A stretch of DNA of 64,000 nt from Flavobacteriales bacterium (GTDB taxonomy: Bacteria; Bacteroidota; Bacteroidia; Flavobacteriales; UBA7312): NCBI GenBank assembly GCA_965661345.1, contig CBFIDK010000008.1, positions 8,230 to 72,229 of the forward strand. Direction: 5' to 3'. Below are positions 59,604-64,000 of the stretch, piece after piece; within the stretch, counting starts at the first letter, position 1, and each line of letters begins with the position of its first letter. The translations under genes and the position numbers were made by a program. The notes under the pieces were generated by a model. It did no database searches, was not told the DNA's origin, and worked only from the letters and a program-made list of their open reading frames with translations.

Positions 59604-61835
59604 ATGTCACAAGCAACTACTACATTAGCCACACTTGATCAAGCTATCGAACTTGGGCTTCGTCCAGAAGAGTTTGATAAAATCAAAGAAATATTAGGCC
59701 GTACACCAAACTTTACTGAGATGAGTATTTTCTCTGTAATGTGGTCAGAGCATTGTTCGTATAAAAATTCAATTACATGGTTGAAAACGTTACCGAAAGA
59801 TGGCCCTCATATGTTGGTGAAAGCTGGTGAAGAAAATGCAGGATTAGTTGATATTGGCGATGGTCTCGCTTGTGCATTTAAAATAGAAAGCCACAACCAC
59901 CCTTCAGCATTGGAGCCCTATCAGGGAGCAGCAACAGGTGTTGGCGGTATCAATAGAGATATCTTTACCATGGGTGCTCGTCCAGTAGCACAGCTAAATT
60001 CACTCAGATTTGGAAATATTGAACTCGATAGAACCAAGTGGTTAGTAAAAGGAGTTGTAAAAGGTATTGGTGATTATGGAAATGCTTTTGGTATTCCTAT
60101 TGTTGGCGGCGAAGTGTTTTTTGACGATTGTTACAACACAAACCCACTAGTTAATGCTTTTTCGGCTGGGATAATGAAGGCTGATGGCTTAATATCAGCG
60201 ACATCTTCTGGCGTTGGCAATCCCGTTTTTATCGTTGGCTCAAGAACTGGTAAAGATGGTATTCACGGTGCAGCATTTGCTTCAAAAGATATTACGGAAG
60301 ATTCGGCAAACGATTTGCCAGCAGTTCAAGTAGGTGATCCATTTCAAGAAAAATTACTTCTCGAAGCAACACTAGAGTTAGGTCAAACAGATGCTATTGT
60401 TGGTATGCAAGATATGGGTGCGGCTGGCATTACGTGTTCCACTTCAGAAATGAGTGCTGCCGGTGAACACGGTATGATCATCCATTTGGATAAAGTCCCC
60501 ACACGACAAGAGAACATGAAAGACTGGGAGATTCTTCTTTCAGAATCACAAGAGCGTATGCTGATTGTGGTTGAAAAAGGCAAAGAACACATCGTTCAGG
60601 AAATATATGATAAATGGGATTTAAGTTGTGAGCAAATTGGTGAAGTTACCGCTGGAGGCAGATTGAAATATTACATGCACGGTGAACTGGTAGCTGATGT
60701 TCCTGCTGATGATTTAGTGCTTGGTGGAGGCGCTCCTGTCTATACCAGAGAATATTCTGAACCGGCATATTTCAAAAAATTTAAAGAGTTTAAAATTGAT
60801 AGCATTGAGCAGCCTAAAGATTTAGTCGAAGTGGCTAAGTTTTTAGCATCACATCCGAATATTGCTTCAAAAAAATGGGTGTACGAGCAGTACGACTCTA
60901 TGGTTGGTACAATAAACATGAGTACTAATTCACCAAAAGATGCAGGTGTAGTAAATGTTAAAGGCACTAATAAAGCCCTTGCAATGACAGTAGATTGCAA
61001 CGCTAGAATGGTTAATGCAAATCCAGAAGAAGGTTGCGCTATGGCAGTGGCTGAAGCTGCAAGAAACATTGTGTGTTCAGGCGGTGTCCCAAGCGCAATT
61101 ACGAATTGTTTGAACTTTGGAAATCCATATAACCCTGAAGTTTATTGGCAGTTTGTCGGTGCTATTAAGGGAATGACAAAATCTTGTTTAAAATTTAATA
61201 CCCCAGTAACAGGAGGAAATGTTAGTTTTTATAATCAAACGGCTTTAGACGGTAAAGAGGTGCCAGTATTCCCAACGCCAACAATAGGAATGTTAGGTAT
61301 TGTTGAAGATAAAGACCACGTCATGTCTTTAGATTTTAAAGGAAAAAGTGATTTAATATTTCTTCTAGGAGAATCCAAAAACGATATTAGCAGTTCAGAA
61401 TATTTAGCCTCTTACCACAATTTTAAAGAAAGCTCTACCCCAGAGTTTGATTTAGATAAAGAGTTTGAATTGCAAGAGTCTGTAAAAGACTTAATAAAAG
61501 CTAAATTAATAGAATCTGCTCACGATGTTTCAGACGGTGGACTATTCATAACACTTCTCGAAAGTGCAATGCCAAGGAATTTAGGCTTTGATATTACTAC
61601 CTCATCCGAGATCAGAGAAGATGCTTTTCTATTTGGTGAAGCACCTTCAAGAGTTGTAGTTTCTGTTAGGGAAACTTCTGAAGACGCATTCTTAGATTTG
61701 ATGAAAAAATCTAACGTACCTTTTACCTTAATTGGTCATGTGACTAAGGGAGAAATTAGGGTCGATGATCGTTCTTTCGGCGAGCTTAGTGAATTCAAAG
61801 AAATTTTTGACAACTCACTTGCTAAACACTTTTAA
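59604..61835 (+). CDS. purL: Phosphoribosylformylglycinamidine synthase subunit PurL (small-PurL type)
   Basis: 743 aa containing [22 protein letters not shown] and the duplicated PurM-like domains. Confidence 0.95.
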   Translation: MSQATTTLATLDQAIELGLRPEEFDKIKEILGRTPNFTEMSIFSVMWSEHCSYKNSITWLKTLPKDGPHMLVKAGEENAGLVDIGDGLACAFKIESHNHPSALEPYQGAATGVGGINRDIFTMGARPVAQLNSLRFGNIELDRTKWLVKGVVKGIGDYGNAFGIPIVGGEVFFDDCYNTNPLVNAFSAGIMKADGLISATSSGVGNPVFIVGSRTGKDGIHGAAFASKDITEDSANDLPAVQVGDPFQEKLLLEATLELGQTDAIVGMQDMGAAGITCSTSEMSAAGEHGMIIHLDKVPTRQENMKDWEILLSESQERMLIVVEKGKEHIVQEIYDKWDLSCEQIGEVTAGGRLKYYMHGELVADVPADDLVLGGGAPVYTREYSEPAYFKKFKEFKIDSIEQPKDLVEVAKFLASHPNIASKKWVYEQYDSMVGTINMSTNSPKDAGVVNVKGTNKALAMTVDCNARMVNANPEEGCAMAVAEAARNIVCSGGVPSAITNCLNFGNPYNPEVYWQFVGAIKGMTKSCLKFNTPVTGGNVSFYNQTALDGKEVPVFPTPTIGMLGIVEDKDHVMSLDFKGKSDLIFLLGESKNDISSSEYLASYHNFKESSTPEFDLDKEFELQESVKDLIKAKLIESAHDVSDGGLFITLLESAMPRNLGFDITTSSEIREDAFLFGEAPSRVVVSVRETSEDAFLDLMKKSNVPFTLIGHVTKGEIRVDDRSFGELSEFKEIFDNSLAKHF

Positions 61836-61863
61836 ATTTTAGTATAAATCTCATTTCTTTTTA

Positions 61864-61871
61864 TAAATTTG
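61864..61871 (+). promoter_or_regulatory. Candidate -7 box TAaaTTTG upstream of the hydroxylase gene
   Basis: Exact TAnnTTTG ending 21 nt before ATG 61893. Confidence 0.45.
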
Positions 61872-61892
61872 GCTAACTAATTGTAGCCTAAT

Positions 61893-63626
61893 ATGAAAAT
61901 CGATTTTAATGACTTTGGCAACCCTCAAGTCTCCAATTTACCAAGCCACCTCAGGCAATTCGTAGTTCAACAAGATTATAACAGCTACACCGCTTTAGAC
62001 CATGCCTTATGGCGATACGTTATGAGAAAAAACATATCATTTCTAAAAAATGTAGCGGATACTTCTTACTTAGAAGGTTTAGAAAAAACAGGAATTACCA
62101 TTGATGCCATTCCTGACATTAAGGATATGAATGATATTCTTGGTAAAATAGGTTGGGGTTGTGTTTGTGTCGATGGCTTCTTGCCACCATCTTCTTTTAT
62201 GGAATTTCAAGCGTATAAGGTTTTGGTAATTGCAGCAGATATTCGTCAAATCGAACACATTGAATATACACCCGCTCCAGATATAATACATGAAGCGGCA
62301 GGTCATGCTCCAATAATTGCTGATCCTATGTATGCCGAATACCTTCGTCTATTTGGCGACATAGGAAGTAAAGCTATTTCATCTTCCAAAGATTTCGAAC
62401 TATACGAAGCGATACGTCATTTATCTATAATTAAGGAAGATCCTTACACAAAACCTGAAGAAATTGAAGAGGCAAGCTTGGAAATATCTCGAATACAACA
62501 AAACATGGGAGAGCCTTCCGAGATGGCTATGATAAGAAATCTTCACTGGTGGACTGTAGAATATGGGCTTATTGGCGATGTTTCAAACCCCAAGATATAT
62601 GGGGCTGGTCTTCTTTCTTCTATTGGAGAAAGTGAAAGTTGTTTAAAAGATGAGGTCAAGAAATTACCCTATACTGTAGATGCAGCAAATCAGTCTTTTG
62701 ATATTACTGAGCCACAGCCTCAACTGTACGTTACGCCATCATACACATATCTTACTCAGGTATTAGAAGAATTTGCAAATGGAATGGCTTTACGAAAAGG
62801 AGGAATAGAAGGGGTGAAGAAGGCAATAGACTCACAAAACACATGCACTTCCGAGTATAGCTCAGGTATTCAAGTATCAGGAGTTTTTAATAAGTTAATA
62901 GAAAAAGAAGGAGAGCTGATATACTTATCCACCTCTTCACCCACCGCATTAGCTTGGCAAAATAAGCAACTTGTAGGTCACGGTAAAGATTACCACAAAG
63001 ACGGCTTCAGTTCCCCTGTTGGATTATTGCATGGAGAATCCCAACCTTTAGAGTCAATGAGTATCGAAAAGCTAAAGAGTTTAGGTATAGAGTCTTCAAA
63101 ACAAGTAGAATTAAACTTTGCAAGCGGTATTAAAGTTAGAGGAAAACTAATTAATATCGTTAAAAATGTAAAAGGAGAAAATATACTTATGTCTTTTGAT
63201 GCTTGTACAGTAGTTTATAACGATGAGGTCTTATTTTTGCCAGATTGGGGAATGTATGATATGGCAGTTGGGCATAAAATTACTTCTGTATTCTCAGGAG
63301 CTGCCGATAGGGAGGTCTTTTTGAAAGATAATCCTTTTGTTCCAGGCGAAAAAACACATAAGATTAATTACTCAGAGCAACGAAAATCACTACATAAACT
63401 TTATCAAAAAGTAAGAGACATAAGAAATGGTGATTTACCTAATGTAACCATATACCCTATATGGGCAGAGTTGAAGAAGCATAAAGACGATTGGCTATGT
63501 GCAATCGAATTATTGGAAATTTGTGAAGATAATATACTATCCTCAGAAATTATCGATTTCTTAAAAAGCAAAAATGATAAATCAATTCAGCATTTAGTTG
63601 ATGAAGGATTAAGCCTAGTAATATGA
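61893..63626 (+). CDS. Aromatic amino acid hydroxylase (pterin/iron-dependent), long form with ~250-aa C-terminal extension
   Basis: PDIIHEAAGHAPII (two-His iron ligands) and WWTVEYGLI (Glu ligand) are present. The total length of 577 aa compares with ~260-300 aa for classical bacterial PhhA. Confidence 0.8.
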   Translation: MKIDFNDFGNPQVSNLPSHLRQFVVQQDYNSYTALDHALWRYVMRKNISFLKNVADTSYLEGLEKTGITIDAIPDIKDMNDILGKIGWGCVCVDGFLPPSSFMEFQAYKVLVIAADIRQIEHIEYTPAPDIIHEAAGHAPIIADPMYAEYLRLFGDIGSKAISSSKDFELYEAIRHLSIIKEDPYTKPEEIEEASLEISRIQQNMGEPSEMAMIRNLHWWTVEYGLIGDVSNPKIYGAGLLSSIGESESCLKDEVKKLPYTVDAANQSFDITEPQPQLYVTPSYTYLTQVLEEFANGMALRKGGIEGVKKAIDSQNTCTSEYSSGIQVSGVFNKLIEKEGELIYLSTSSPTALAWQNKQLVGHGKDYHKDGFSSPVGLLHGESQPLESMSIEKLKSLGIESSKQVELNFASGIKVRGKLINIVKNVKGENILMSFDACTVVYNDEVLFLPDWGMYDMAVGHKITSVFSGAADREVFLKDNPFVPGEKTHKINYSEQRKSLHKLYQKVRDIRNGDLPNVTIYPIWAELKKHKDDWLCAIELLEICEDNILSSEIIDFLKSKNDKSIQHLVDEGLSLVI

Positions 63627-64000
63627 ATGTAGTAATAACCGGAGCAAGTAGAGGAATTGGATTTGAATTAGCTAATTTATTTTTAGATGAAGGTCACAAG
63701 GTCTTAGCGATTTCAAGAAATAAGGAGAAGCTTACGGCTTTGAAAAATAAAGGCGCTAGCATACTCCCCTTTGATTTATGCGAAGAATCTTTTACGCCAA
63801 TACAAACAGCTTTGGACAGCATAGGTGGGAATGTAGATATACTTATTAATAATGCAGGTGCATTAGTCAATAAGCCCTTTAGCAAATTGACCAATGAAGA
63901 AATAAAGCATGTATATAATGTTAATGTATTTTCTATCATAAAGTTAACAAGGGATTTAATGCCCAGTTTTAGCGATGATGCGCATGTCGTTAATATAAGT
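63623..64000 (+). CDS. Short-chain dehydrogenase/reductase (SDR), 5' part (runs off the window)
   Basis: Read manually: ATG 63623 overlaps the upstream stop (ATGA). The translation is MNVVITGASRGIGFELA...ILINNAGAL, with TGxxxGxG and NNAG motifs. It is not in the ORF track because no stop lies within the window. Confidence 0.85.
   Translation, partial: MNVVITGASRGIGFELANLFLDEGHKVLAISRNKEKLTALKNKGASILPFDLCEESFTPIQTALDSIGGNVDILINNAGALVNKPFSKLTNEEIKHVYNVNVFSIIKLTRDLMPSFSDDAHVVNIS

Noticed and set aside
63694-63939. An 81-aa minus-strand ORF at the right edge.
   Set aside because: It is antisense to a clear SDR reading frame (TGASRGIG, NNAG) that is missing from the ORF track only because it runs off the window.
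1-64000. A scan for CRISPR arrays, transposase or IS ends, reverse transcriptases (retron/DGR/group II intron), restriction-modification systems and toxin-antitoxin pairs.
   Set aside because: I noticed no regularly spaced direct repeats, and none of the translated ORFs shows motifs of these families. This was a by-eye scan, so short or degenerate repeats could have been missed.

Overview
AT-rich, very gene-dense window (about 60 CDS, 5 tRNAs) from a Bacteroidota genome, probably a Flavobacteriia-like lineage. The phylum call rests on the gene order tRNA(Thr-Tyr-Gly-Thr)-tuf-tRNA(Trp)-secE-nusG-rplKAJL-rpoBC-DUF3467, on T9SS C-terminal sorting domains, on DUF1573/DUF1343/DUF3467 families, and on repeated TAnnTTTG -7 promoter boxes. 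Most of the window is core housekeeping: translation and transcription (1-14.3 kb), valS, icmF, ilvE, rpsT, aroA/aroB, hpt-adk-obg, purE and purL. I found no CRISPR array, transposase, prophage, toxin-antitoxin pair or recognisable defence genes. The only recombinase is the conserved xerC-like gene at the left edge. The best candidates for undescribed biology are conserved-unknown operons. (1) A five-gene minus-strand operon at 42.6-45.7 kb encodes a secreted YHS protein, DoxX, a membrane-anchored ATP-grasp ligase, a DinB-family protein and an NRDE/TANGO2-like protein. Its DinB gene is interrupted at a T9 run that also forms a perfect -1 slippery heptamer. (2) A translationally coupled pair at 55.2-57.8 kb encodes a small predicted outer-membrane barrel and a ComEA-like helix-hairpin-helix domain fused to a large predicted barrel. 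(3) An envelope cluster at 32.5-35.6 kb encodes YceI, a 63-aa membrane protein, a TM-SRPBCC-GyrI fusion and a secreted coiled-coil protein. (4) A radC-coupled deacetylase-like/FemAB-like pair sits at 39.7-42.6 kb. All functional assignments come from reading motifs in the supplied translations. No database search was run.
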